From: Chiloscyllium plagiosum
Taxonomy: Eukaryota
DNA: 64,000 nucleotides
Assembly: GCF_004010195.1 (NCBI RefSeq)
Contig: NC_057723.1
Span: 15,832,355-15,896,354 of the forward strand
Reading direction: 5' to 3'
Position numbers and translations under genes: made by a program. The notes beneath the pieces were generated by a model, which had not been told where the DNA came from, made no database searches, and saw only the letters and a program-made list of their open reading frames with translations. This document shows, one piece after another, positions 24,651 to 37,682 of this stretch (position 1 is its first letter; every line of letters starts with the position of its first letter).

Positions 24651-27149
24651 GACGCAATTCAATTTTTTAGGTTTTGTTTTATTCATGCAATATGAGTCTT
24701 GATGATTAGGTCAGCATGTATTGTTCACCCACATGGCAATTAAGAGTCAACTACATTGCTGTGGGCCTGGAGTGACATGTAGGGATAGCAGATTTCCTTC
24801 TCAAAAAGCCTTTTGTGAATCAGATGAGTTTCTTGACAGGGTTAGTACATGTTTGTTAAAGGCAAAGTTACCAGTTGGTGAAGATTGCACTGTTTTAATG
24901 ATGGGATTTGAACCCATGTCAACAAAATATTAGGTTTAGAGTCATGAATTACTAATTGAATGATATTACCACCATATCACTGCTACCCCATGCTTACACT
25001 TTTAATGAGCCAGTCCAGTGAGAATTGTAAATGCTCTCATTGTTAAGTCTCAATTTCAGACAGTAGATCCAAGATCCCACTGGTATTGAGCTTCGGGACA
25101 AACCACAAACAAAAAGTGTGAATTCAAGATATTAACAAAAAATGGCAGTGGTCAAAAATAAACTATTTCCACTAGTTGGGGATTCTAGAACTAGGGCCAT
25201 GATTTCAGGATATGTGGTAAGTCATTTCGACTAAGATAGGGAAGACTTTCTTATATAGAGAAATGGAGCCAGCCCATTCAGAGGCAATGTTAGGAAGCAT
25301 TTCTACACACTGAGGGTGGTAGATATTTGGCACGTTCTTTAACAAACAGCAGTGGATGCTGAACCGGTTGTTAATTTTAAATCTGAGAAAGATTATTTTT
25401 TGTTAAGCAAAGGTAGTAAGGGATATTGACTAAAGGCAGATACATGGAGTTAGGCCACAAATCAGCCATGATCTCATTGAATGGTGGAACAGGCTTGAGG
25501 GACTGAATGGTCTATTCCTGTTCTTTTATTTCCCTGTTCCGAACTGCATTGGTAGGTTTTGTCTTTGTCCACTCAAGTGAGAGCATCTCAGTAATGGTTA
25601 CATATATTTTGAGGAAATATCTAGAAGTGTTTTCAGACAGGAGCTATTTCTCTGTGCAGAAATCATGGAAGATCACCTATCTTTGGGAACCATCTTGGTC
25701 AAGGTAAAGCGTGCTATGCCATGTCATTCTTTACATCTCCTTCTATTTCAAATGCTCTTGGGCATAAGTCACAAGCTGGACAGTGACTAACAAAATCAAC
25801 ATTTTTCATCTGCAACCTGGTCTCTCATTTTATAGTAGGAATCAGTCGTCAGTAATGTCACACTTCAGACTCAGCTGAGGTCCTTGAGAAGTTACAGAAG
25901 AAAGAATGTGTGGGTATGTTATAAGGTCTACTACTATCGCGCATATGTGAATTAAATAAATAAATAATCAGTGAATTCACAAATTGTTTCTAAGTGGCAT
26001 AATAGCAGGTAAGTAACTTAGCAGGTGAAAAGCAATTATATTAATAATAGATGAAAGTACCTGAATAACTGACCCGATGTCGCAGATGTACCTTCATGCA
26101 TTGATTAAATCTCAGCTTGCTGGATGTTTCCACAGTTGAGTACAGGCACAGCTGAATTGAATGCTCAAGCAGCAGCAACTAATTAAGTCTAAAGTACAGT
26201 TCATATTGATGACTGAAGTAGTCAAAGTTGACAGGCCATTGATCAGATGTATCTAACTGGATTCAAGTTATATTCACTTGTCTGATTAATAATCAGTTTA
26301 TAATATCTTTTATGGAAAGATGATGAGAGTAAAAGCATTGTGTAATGTTTGATAGATTCTGGTTGTATGGTGGCAATACAGTAAAGGACGAGATTAAAGG
26401 AAAACATTGAACTCTAATAATTTCAGTAACCTATATTCACAGAGAAACTCCATAAGATAATTAATTGACTTCACTATTCTGGCAATAAATATAACACAAA
26501 GTAAAGACAGATGGTAGCCTTGTCATCATGTTACTGGACTAATAAGCTAGGTGCCCACACAATTTTCTGTTAGCATGCTTGAGAGGTCTGTGGCACTTGC
26601 TTCAGGTTCATTCTACATGAAAGTATGTGTTTGAATCTTACTAGTAGCTGGTTATTTGCTATCTTCTTAAAGAGTCTTGTGTTACAGTGGTAGTTCTGGC
26701 CTAGAAGGCCTGGGTTCAACCCTATCTGCCCTGAAGATGTATCATAATGTGTTTGAATAGTTCTTCTAGCAGCAAGGTGATGATAATTGAGTCAAGGATA
26801 GGAGTCAGGGCCAAGTGTTGGATCCAGGACTGGAATTGAGATTCCAGATACAGGGGATTCAATCAGGTGGTACTTAATGGAATAATAGTTGGATCCAGTT
26901 GTCAGAGGATTGTCAAGATCAGGAGAGTGATTGGGGTTTGTGGCTAGGTGGAAAAGCAACAGGCATTTGTGAGTTGTTTGGATGGTGTTTGAAGGGGAGA
27001 GGTAGTGGTGGTTGATCTCTTTTCTTCTGGCTCCAAGGTTATAATTACATTTATTTCTTTTCTGGTGCCCTGATTGATCTGCAGACCTGGTTTATCTGAA
27101 TGCAGCCGAAGCTGAAATCAGCTTCTTCAGGGCAGCCTAATCTTGAGAA

Positions 27150-27347
27150 GGAAAATTGGAAATTGCTGAAAATACTCAGCAGGTCAAGCAGCATCTGTGG
27201 AAAGAAAGCAGAATTAACATTTCAGATGCTGGACTCGAAACATTAACTCTGTTTTCTCTCCACAAATACTGTCTGACCTCCTGAGATTTTCCAGCAATTT
27301 CCAATTTTATTTCCAATTTCCAGCATCTGCAGTTCTTTGGTTTTTAG
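27150..27347. mobile_element. Fold-back PLE mini-element
   Basis: TSD tcttgagaa (27141-27149 / 27348-27356); arms aaaattggaaattgctg...cagcaatttccaatttt. Confidence 0.75.
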
Positions 27348-28938
27348 TCTTGAGAAAGGATCACTGGGAATAGACTTGAGATCTGACTGAATTCATTTTG
27401 GTGTCCTAATACTCTGAGTTGAGTCTGGATAAAAGTCATTGTGCACACCAAGTTCTTGGATATATTTTTAAAAAGGTCTCATATTGGCACATTTTCAATT
27501 TAGTTATTTTCTTTGAAAAATATGTTGAATTTTTGAAAGAAGGATTGTTTTAAGTGTGTTAGCTTGATAAACTTTGACCAAAACAGTGAAAAATAAGTTT
27601 ATCGCAAAAACATTATAATTTTCATCATTGTGCCAATATGTCAACTTTGAATAAATTTTAAAGTACAAACATATGGTTTTAAAAGGTATATAACATTAAC
27701 TTCTAGTTAAATTGGTATGTGTTGTCTAATTTAGCAAATTGAATGAAAATCCCATTTTAAAGTATGAAACATGAAGTTTTTGTGTCCTTGCCTGAAAAGA
27801 ATCAAAATAGTTTTTAAGGCTTTCTAAATAGTCGAAATTCCCAAGAAATTCACTCTTGGGATGTAGCCAATCTTTTTTGCCAGCCCTGCTTCAAGTGTGA
27901 TGTTTTTGAAACTGTTATAGAAGATTGTAGAAATGTGAATTGCAATGACCAAATATTTTGCCTAAAACTCTGAAATCTTCTGCTCCAGTTATGTGATTTT
28001 GGCTGAATTGCACACATGAAATAACACAGTGAAGCAGGGACCAAATTTGCTCTTAACAATTCAGCCAGAACTTGCTGTTTAAATAATGGTGAGTCTATTA
28101 CTGTCAGACATTGTTTACGTATGGAGAGTACAGCAACTTTTAAGGTGGGTGACAGATGGACAGGTTGATGCAAGAGTTGCGCAACACCACCATTAAAATC
28201 ACAAGACAGACTTTTCACTAACTGCCTCATTATGTTGACATAGATGAAATTACTACATTTTTCCAACAGATAAAAACTAAATCCACAGTGGTTAATTAAG
28301 TTGAAGACTAGTGTTGTATCTAGCTTTTGGCTAAGGTATAGTGCTGCCATCAATCCTCTTTTCCATGTTTTCTGCCAAAACCTGGGATTGAACTTTGAGA
28401 TTTTCAGTCTATCACTCTGCCAATTGAACTATTTCAACTGAGAGGTTTCCTTTCTGTGCTGAGTAAAAGGGCCTTATTATTCAATGTAAACTTGCACCTG
28501 GAGCTGTCATGCAATGAACTACATCTTGTTAAGACTAGGCCGTGAGTGAGTCTCAATAAGTGGAGGTACCTGTATTACATAATAAGATGGGATTCATTAT
28601 ATGGTAGCTCTAGGTACAAGCTTACATTGCCTAATTAGGCATGATTACTTTAGACTAATCTGAAATTAGGAATAAGGCTTGTAACCCTGTCAGGGCGTCA
28701 TGCTTGACTTCCCAATTCTCCATCCAAAGATTGTGTGATATCACCATATTGAATGGAGCTTAGGGCATCTTCAACATGAGCTCTTTCAGAAGTAAATCCT
28801 TTTATGACAATTAGTAGCTTAATTTTGTAGGTTTTGTAGCGCAATGGGTAGCATGGCTAAGAAATGTGTGTTCATATCGTGACCAAACTGAGCGATTTGT
28901 CAAACTGCTAATCTCTCCAATACACTTAAGGCAGGCAG

Positions 28939-30212
28939 TGATCTTAAATTTGGCTGTTGAGAGCAAACCGTAAGATTCTATGTATAGATTGTGAAACCTT
29001 GAGTAAATTTTGATTATGAAATTCTCACAAAGAATTGTTCATTTCTTTTTTTTAAAATTCATATTTATTAGAATGGAACATAACAAGAAAACAGGACACC
29101 CATGCCAAATTGAAGATAAAGTATAGCCAGCAATTAATGATTTGTACTTGGGTGTAGCTATACATGTATAATGCATGGTCAGTTACATTCCTGATCTAGG
29201 ACATCCAACTGTAAATGACATATCATGTCCTATTAAACAAAAATGGCTTGCATCAAAATAATTAGCCATCATGGTAGTGACCTCTTGTAATGTGGGAAAG
29301 GCTAAGGCAAGAAGCTTAGTAGTATAAATACCTTTGTATTTGTATAATCAGCATAGTTACTGTCAATCAACTTGAACTATGGTAAAAATTAACCATTCTA
29401 AATGTGGAGATGTATTGAATCAAGTTCTGGATTTTTAAGGGGACATTTTAAAAATGCCAGATTTAAAAAATAATCTTTTTCTAATCATTTATTTTTCATT
29501 TTCTATCTTAATCAAATATTGCTTCCCCTTCCTTTATTCTGTTTCAGAGTTAGATTTGCTTAATTCACCCATCATCTCGTTCATTTGTGTGTTTATTCAT
29601 CAGTCTTTAATGCTGCTTGGATAAGAAGTGTGCTCTTTCTTGCCCTGTTATCTCCAGATCTCAAATATCCTGACTTTGTCACTGCAATACTGTAGGCTCA
29701 CAGCTCGGCAATTTTGTAGGCTGCAGAGCAAGAGCAGATACTCTTAGATGTCCTACCACAGAAATATTTCATATAGTGTTCCTTTGTTTCTCTTGGCTAA
29801 GTGTACTAATCCTGCACATACAGCATGTAGCCTTGCTTGAAGGGATGCGGATAAGAGATAAGTCTAAAACAAGTAGTGGTGTGTCTCTGAACCACTCCTC
29901 TTGTGTCTGCATCAGTGAATTTATTCATTTATCCAATTGTCTCTCTCATCAATGCACTTTTCCTGCTGATCTTAAATTTGGCTGTCAAGAGCAAACCGTA
30001 AGATCCTATGTATAGATTGTGAAACCTTGAGTAAATTTTGATTATGAAATTCTCACAAAGGATTGTTAATTTCTTTTTTTTAAAATTAATATCTATTAGA
30101 ATGGAACATAACAAGAAAACAGGACACCGTGCCAAATTGAAGATAAAGTATAGCCAGCAATTAATGATTTGTACTTGGGTGTAGCTATACATGTGTAATG
30201 CATGTACAGTTA
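28939..30212 (+). repeat. Direct duplication of ~246 bp (28939-29185 and 29967-30212)
   Basis: Both copies start tgatcttaaatttggctgt and end ...atgcatg..cagtta, with scattered substitutions. Confidence 0.92.
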
Positions 30213-31099
30213 TGTATTTGTATAAAATGCAGAGGCAGATTGACTTATTGCAGGATGAAATTACTTTAATCATAAATGGAACATCTTTGTGATGCTTGCA
30301 ACATTTTTGCAATATAAGCCTTTGAAACCTATGATTTTTTGTCAGCAAATTTTTAAATGCAGGAAGAAATGGAGTTGGCCTTTTTTGTTATGAGACACTT
30401 CACTCCCTCTGAATATGGAACAGAAATATGCTAACTTTTTGTTATCTTTATCTCTAACTGCATGTTGTCTTTAGTTCTTCATCTATCTTGTGTCTGCTTT
30501 GGTAAATAGTATCACAGAAAGGATGAATTTATTTATAGAAGCTTTTAAACAAACCAGCACAGTTTTAACTCAAAATGCATGCAAGTTGATGAATAGGAAA
30601 AAATTTCTGGCTTTGCTAATTTCAGTGTGTAGAGGGAATGCTTATCAGTAAATTATGCAACACCCAACTGGAAAATGATGAGCTGATTATGCACACTTTT
30701 TCGAAATTGGCAAAGAATAAAATTTCCCTCCAGATTCACAATATTGTACGTCAAATTTAAAAGAATCAGAAATGATCTCATTAAAATGTATAAAATTCAT
30801 AAAGACTTTGACAGTTGGATAGGGCTTATTCAAGCTGATCGTCCTGGTTGGAGAATCTAGTACTAGGGATCACAGACTCTGGGTAAAAGGTTGACCAATT
30901 ATGACAGAGATTGGGAGAAATCTCTTATCTTGGTGAGTTATGAAACTTAACTATTCTCTTCGCCAGAGCACTGTGGAGGTCCAATTGTTGAATTCATTTA
31001 AGTCTGAAATTGGTAGATTGTTTTGGAAACTCAAGAAAAGGGCAGCAATGTGTAGAAGAAATAGTAATCTTATTGAATGGTGAGCTGGGTCAAGGGATC

Positions 31100-32860
31100 A
31101 TATAGAAATGGGAAAGAAGAGGCCATTCAGTCCATTGCATCTGTATTGCTAAAGCTACACTAGTCCCACTTTCCAGTTTTTGCCCCATAGCTGTGAATGT
31201 TATAACATTTCAAGTGTTCATTCAAGTACTTTTAAAAGGTTATGAGATTACCTGCCTCACCTACCTCTCAGGCAGTGTATTCCAGACCTCCACCACCCTC
31301 TGGGTGAAACAATATTTCCTCAAATCCGCTCTAACCCTCCTGCGTTTCACCTTACATTTATGCCTCTTGTTATTGACCCTTTGACTAAGGGAACAGCTGC
31401 TTTCCAGTCACCCTGTCCATACCATCATAACCTTACACACTTCAATAAGGCCCCTTACTCCAACTTCACCGCTTCAAAGACAACAGCCCAAGCTTATCCA
31501 ACCTCTCTTCATAACTAAAGTATTCCATCCCAAGCAACACCCAGGTGACTCTCCTCTGCATATCCTCCAGTGCAAGTGGATCTTTTCTACAGTTTCTGCA
31601 GTATCCAGAACTGTGCAGAACACTCTAGCTGTGACCTAACCAAAGTGTTGTACAACTCTAATATAACCTCTTAGAGTTCTTCGAGGAAGTGACCAAGTTG
31701 GTAGATGAAGGAAGGGCTGTTGATGTCATATACATGGACTTTGATAAGGTTCCCCATGGTAGACTAACAGAGAAAGTGAAGTCACATGGTGTGCAGGGCG
31801 TTCTCGCTAGGTGGATAAAGAACTGGTTGAGCAGCAGGAGACAGAGAGTAGTAGTTGAAGAGAGTTTCTCGAAATGGAGAAAGGTGACCAGTGGTGTTCC
31901 ACAGGGGTCAGTATCNNNNNNNNNNNNNNNNNNNNNNNNNNNNNNNNNNNNNNNNNNNNNNNNNNNNNNNNNNNNNNNNNNNNNNNNNNNNNNNNNNNNN
32001 NNNNNNNNNNNNNNNNNNNNNNNNNNNNNNNNNNNNNNNNNNNNNNNNNNNNNNNNNNNNNNNNNNNNNNNNNNNNNNNNNNNTTGGTTCGGCCACATTT
32101 AGAATACTGTGTACAGTTCTGGTTGCCACATTACCAAAATGATGTGGACGCTTTGGAGAGAGTGCAGAGAAGGTTTACGAGGATGTTGCCTGGTATGGAA
32201 GGTGCTAGCTATGAAGAGAGGTTGAATAGGTTAGGTTTATTTTCATTAGAAAAAAGGAGATTGAGGGAGGACCTGACTGAGGTTTATAAAATCATGAAGG
32301 TTATAGACATGGTGGATCGAGACAAGCTTTTTCCCAAGGTGAAGGATTCAATAACGAGAGGTCACGCTTTCAAGGTGAGAGGTGGAAAGTTTAAGGGGGA
32401 TACATGCGGCAAGTACTTCACACAGAGGGTGGTGGGTGTCTGGAACGCGTTGCCAGCAGAGGTGGTAGAGGCAGGCACGGTAGATTCATTTAAGATAAAT
32501 GATGAGTAGGTGGGGAGTAGAGGGATACAGGGAATTGACCGACAGGTTTAGACAGTACATTTGGATCGGCTCAGGCTTGGAGGGTTGAAGGGTCTGTTCC
32601 TGGGCTGTAAATTTTCTTTGTTCTTTGTTCTTTTATAATTGATGCCTTGACTGAAAAGGCAAGCGCCCTATGCGCCTTCTTAACTACCCTGTAAACCTGC
32701 CCTGCCATCTTCAGGGATTTTGTGGACACCAACCCAAGATCCCTCTGTTTCTCTGAGCTTCCTACTGTCCTGACATTCATTGAGTACTTCCTTGTCTTGT
32801 TACTTCTTTTAAATTACGTCATCCCAAATTGTAGAGAGTTAAATTCCATATCATCCACTC
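31100..32860 (-). mobile_element. Older CR1 fragment hosting an oppositely oriented CR1
   Basis: Minus-strand QRDLG...AGQVYRVVKKAHRALAF; interrupted at ~31665-32630. Confidence 0.75.
31665..32630 (+). mobile_element. CR1/HER1-like RT 3' fragment (contains N gap 31916-32083)
   Basis: VDEGRAVDVIYMDFDKVPHGRL...VTSGVPQGSV; LVRPHLEYCVQFW...LERVQRRFTRMLPG; (tttgttc) tail. Confidence 0.95.
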
Positions 32861-33149
32861 TTACTGATAATTATGATTTTCCTATTTTCACTTCATGGAG
32901 AATGTTTTAGTCAGCAAGCAATTCTCAAAACCGGCACTTTGTAAACTTTGTCATGCCACCAATCCACAGACAGAACAAATGATTTTTGAAAAATGACAGA
33001 GAATCCTTCCTATTAGCATATCACTCACATCTTATACAATCAAACATCAAAGTGGCAAAACGTTGAAACGTTTGGTTATTTCATGTGATTGGGAGTTAGT
33101 GCAATGTCTATCAATATAAAAATGTCTCCACAAGAAAATATTTCATTTG

Positions 33150-34900
33150 CATGTCTGGGGTACTAGTTGCGGTTCAAAGTTGATTTTAACAACCTGCTCA
33201 ATGTCTTCAGCTGAGCTGGTGTGAATGGTTGTCACAGGGAAAGGCTCTCTCAGTGTTGAAACTCTATGCATGTGCAATGGTCTGAACAGAATGGCCACAG
33301 TCACAACTCAAACATTTCCTCATGTTCCAATTGTGGAACAAATAGCCACAGCTTCACCCATCGGTCTTCATATGCTGTTCAGATTATCAATAGAAGGTTT
33401 AAACTTTTATCATTCATGTCAGTTATTAGGTCAACCAGGAGGTGCGCCATCAAGAGGGCTGACTGTCAGCTGTTTGTTAGGTATGATGTGTGTTCCAGTA
33501 ATGTCAATGAAATTTCGGTTAATGACATGTAATTATTTGACATCATTGTTAGTCTTTTATTGGCTGTCAGCTGGTGATGTTCTTTTGAGAAGGAAGTTAT
33601 CCCTGTAGACATTAGAAGGTTCAACATGTGTGAGCACAGGAAGTCATTTGAGTTGTTTTGCTCTGAACATCATAGAAATAATTTGTATGATTTCCAAGTT
33701 GGCATCTACCACATTTGTGTGGTGATCCATGTGCAATTTATCTCTTGCTAGATAGAACAGGGTGACCAAAGCAGTGTGTAATGTGTTGGCTCTGTTCTCC
33801 CTAATGATAACAATCAGTTTCTGTCTGAGATTTTTTTCTTGACCTTGGTTGTGATATTCTGAGGTTTTAACACTTGATCAATGTGCACTCAAGACTGATG
33901 CCAAAGTATTTTGTCACTGGTTGCGGGTGAATGGTCTGCCACAGAATTGGACATAAGATAACAGTATTGAAAGTGTTGATGTTTAGGCTGCATTAAACTC
34001 CATCCAATCTGGTATCTCTCAGTCTTTATGTAGAGAAGAAACAGGAGAAAGTGAGGACTGCAGATACTGGAGATCAGAGCTGAAAATGTGTTGCTGGAAA
34101 AGCGCAGCAGGTCAGGTAGCATCCAAGGAGCAGGAGAATCGACTTTTCAGGCATGGGCCCTTCTTCAGGAAGCCCTTCTTTCCTGAAGAAGGGCTCATGC
34201 CCGAAACGTCGATTCTCTTGCTCCTTGGATGCTGCCTGACCTGTTATGCTTTTCCAGCAACATATTTTCAGTAGAGAAGAAACAGTCTCATACAAGGTCC
34301 TAGTAGAGACAGATATGTCACTTCTGGCTCTTGATATTCTTTATAATTATGCCTAGTCAGTAAAACCTGTGTCTATTGCTATCATGCAATAAACTACATC
34401 TTGAGTAAGTCAAGTGTCTATTCACAATAGTGACTCATCCTCTGCCTCACTAATTATTCGGGCAACCTCACTAATGCCTGGAGCATGTAAATCCTTAAAG
34501 GTGAGTTCTGTTAGAAGTATGGTACACATAACACACTCCAGGCCAATGACAAGTTAGCAGTGTTTACTATGCCAACATTTGATAGATATTAAGTTCTTCT
34601 CTGGCCTTCAAGTTGTTCAACTGGCTGATCAAATTTTCCATTTTCTGAAGTAGGCCTCTAGAGAACCTAAATCTGCAGTGAGTATTCTGTCAGTGTCCAG
34701 AAACTCTTTAGCCTGGAACGCAATGGTCAAATCATCAACATGTGCAATGAGTTGTGACTTTGTGGAAGGGAGGTCACTAGTTCATATGGTGAAGAGAACT
34801 AGTGTGGAGATTGATCCCTTTTGGCTTTCTAAGATGTACATGGGACTGTCAGTTGCTGATCACAGTGCCAATTATTTATAGGGTTTTCACACGATATTTG
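33150..34900 (-). mobile_element. Highly decayed Vingi/ingi-like non-LTR retrotransposon
   Basis: Collinear minus-strand motifs: GSxxxxVLFTI..SDLP...AHVDDLTI...LTADLGSLEAYFRKWK (~34820-34635), LNNLKAREELNI, LTFKD, GWS..SVADHSP, LPVLTHVEP, CDCGHSVQTIAH (~33305-33270). Confidence 0.65.
34045..34270. mobile_element. Fold-back PLE mini-element with perfect 15-bp TSD
   Basis: TSD gtagagaagaaacag (34030-34044 / 34271-34285); arms meet at two opposed hammerhead motifs, the + strand copy at 34180-34214 being intact. Confidence 0.92.
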
Positions 34901-36512
34901 GTTTTAGAGAGTATCAGCATTGAGGGCGAGAAAGACTTTAGAAAAGTATCCTCAAATAGAGCATTGATGGCACATAGAGTGCTTTGCAACAGGGAACAGT
35001 TGATACAGAGATGATTGCATCTTTTACATGAAAAGGAGAGTAGATGTTTGAAGTGAATATAGTTATATGACTATCAGGAGACAGCGGGGCAGTATAATCA
35101 GTTTTGAATTGCTCTTGAAGTGCAAAGATCGGCACAGACACAATAACCTGAATGGCATCCTACCCTGCTGTATAAGTTGGTGGTTTTCTGGTGATTCCTT
35201 CGGATGTTGTAGCTAATTCAGTCTCCACAAACCTAACTGTATGGATGAATAATAAAACCATTTCCACCACATCTGTTTCCTGTACCTGACAGAAGCAAAA
35301 GGATAAGAAATCAATGTATTAAAATAATATTTTTGAATTGTGATGTGGGATTTCTTTTTATGTTAAAGTTATTGCGAAATAATTGCTAAGAATAATACAG
35401 CTAACTTTGTTTCTTCAAGAGGCATATATCATCACATTGCTGAATGTGATATTTGTATAGATTTGACCCCTACATCATGTTACAGTGACCTGATGCTTGT
35501 CACTATGCCGTACTCCTACCAGCTGTTGGCTGGTAGTATATGTCGCAATGGGAAAACATCATATTACAAACATACGAACATGATCAAAAATGGTACATGG
35601 AAAGAGGCAGGAAACTGAATTTGAAATAGAATATAAGCCTGTTGTTGCTTGTGAACCGTGATCAGTGACCCTATCAATTTTACATTATGAATGATGGCTA
35701 GAAGATCATGATCAGACACTTACCATCCACCTTCTGCTTCATTTCCTCTCCATTGCCCTTCTGCAGTCATGTGATCTTCAGGGAAAACAAAAATAAATAG
35801 ACAGGGGCAGTTCAGGAGAATACATATTTGGAAAAGTTCTCTACCACCCTCTCAGGCATTTAGAATCAGCACAGCAGCTCACCTGGCCTGAGTGTCTATT
35901 ATCTGTAAACCTCTTTTCTTTTGTAGGATGTAATCTCTGCTCCTGTCAAGACTAGCTCAAACTCAAAAGAAAGCCATGCTGAGAATCTGCATTTCCTGCT
36001 TTCGCCATCAGCACATTCCAATGGTTCACTATACTCTCTTTTAGGGTGGGGTAATGGGGATGAGGGGGGGAGACTAATAACACCTGAAAAAAATTGCTCT
36101 TCCTCAGTCTTGCATTGTTTCGATATGTATCTCTTGATTGCCTCCAACTTGTCAAACTGCAATGATCCTGATTTTAACTTTGTGCCAGTGAGTGAGATGA
36201 GTAAAAAATCTCAGCCAGTCAACAAATTGGCTATGATGTAGCCTTTGTCATTTTTGTTTTGTGTGGCAGGTTATTTATGCTAGACCACTGTTGATGTAAG
36301 TGGTCAGTTGCAGACTCAGTATCAGAGTGGCAGTTGTGAGCATCAAGGCAAACATGTTGGCTTGGCACATGCTAAAAATAAACTTGCCCATTATTAGGTC
36401 TGTGCAGTCCTTAACTGACTGCAAGTTCTTGCATTTCGTCCATATATCATTGAGCAATTATTCCCTCTGTAAAACATGCCTTCTGATGATTTAGTAAATG
36501 ATGAAGAGATAA

Positions 36513-37682
36513 ATAAGAACATGAGAACATAAGAACTAAGAGCAGGAGTAGGAGCATCTGGCCCTTCGAGCCTACTCTGCCATTCAATAACAACATGGCC
36601 GAAGTTTTCATGGTCACAGCTCCACTTACCCACTCTCTCACCATAACCCTGAATTCCTTGACTGTTCAAAAAATTATCTATTTTACCTTTAAAAACATCT
36701 ACTGAGGAAGCTTCAACCACTCCATTGGGCAAGGAATTCCATAGATTCACAACCCTCTGGGTGAAGAAGTTCCTTCTCACTTCAGTTCTAAATTTGCTGT
36801 CCTAATTTTGGGGCTATGCCCTCTTGTCTTAGTTCCACCCATCAATGGAAACATCCTCTACTTCTATCTTATCTATTCCCTTCATAATTTTATGTTTCTA
36901 TAAGATCCCCCCTCATTCTTCTAAATTCCAATGAATATAATCCCAGACTACATTATCTCTCTTCATAAACCAAACCCCTCAATTCTGGAATCAACCTAGT
37001 GAACGGTGGCACAGTGGTTAGCACTGCTGCCTCACAGCGCCGGAGACCCGGGTTCAATTCCCGCCTCAGGCGACTGACTGTGTGGAGTTTGCACGTTCTC
37101 CCCGTGTCTCCGTGGGTTTCCTCCGGGTGCTCTGGTTTCCTCCCACAGTCCAAAGATGTGCAGGTCAGGTGAATTGGCCATGCTAAATTGCCCGTAGTGT
37201 TAGGTAAGGGGTAAATGTATGGGTAGGTTGCACTTCGGCGGGTCGGTGTGGACTTGTTGGGCCAAAGGGCCTGTTTCCACACTGCAAGTAATCTAATCTA
37301 ATCTAATCTGAACCTCCTCTGCACCCCTTCCAGTGCCAATACATCCTTTCTCAAGTAAGGAGACCAAACCTGCTCACAGTACTCTCGGTGTGGCCTCACC
37401 AGCACCCTATACAGCTGCAACATGACCTCCCTGCTTTTAAACTCAATCCCTTTAGCAGTGAAGGACAAAATTCCATTTGCCTTCTTAATTACCTGTTGCA
37501 CCTACAGACCAACCTTCTGTGATTCATGCTCAAGGACACCCAGGTCCCTCGGCACAGCAGCATGCTGCAATTTTTCACTTTTCAAGCAATAGTCCTTTTT
37601 ACTGTCATTCCTACCAAAACAGATGACTTCACATTTATTGACATCATGCTCCAGCTGCCAGACCATTGGCTACTCACTTAAT
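36513..37682 (-). mobile_element. CR1 3' fragment interrupted by an HE1 SINE
   Basis: VIKKANGILSF...LYRVLVRPHREYC; RRNFFTQRVVNLWNSLP; (aagaacat) tail. Confidence 0.9.
37004..37308 (+). mobile_element. HE1-type V-SINE, near full length
   Basis: tRNA-like head tggcacagtggttagc...ggttcaattcc, V-domain, (taatc)n tail; short tgaac duplication. Confidence 0.93.

Noticed and set aside
27850-28353. 167-aa minus-strand ORF as a gene
   Set aside because: No recognisable domain and no convincing exon boundaries.
34045-34270. Palindromic elements as DNA-transposon MITEs
   Set aside because: TSDs are long and variable, arms are unequal with copy-specific breakpoints, and the same terminus is joined to GIY-YIG coding sequence elsewhere.
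37004-37075. tRNA gene
   Set aside because: The A/B boxes are the head of an HE1 SINE, followed by a V-domain and LINE-type tail.
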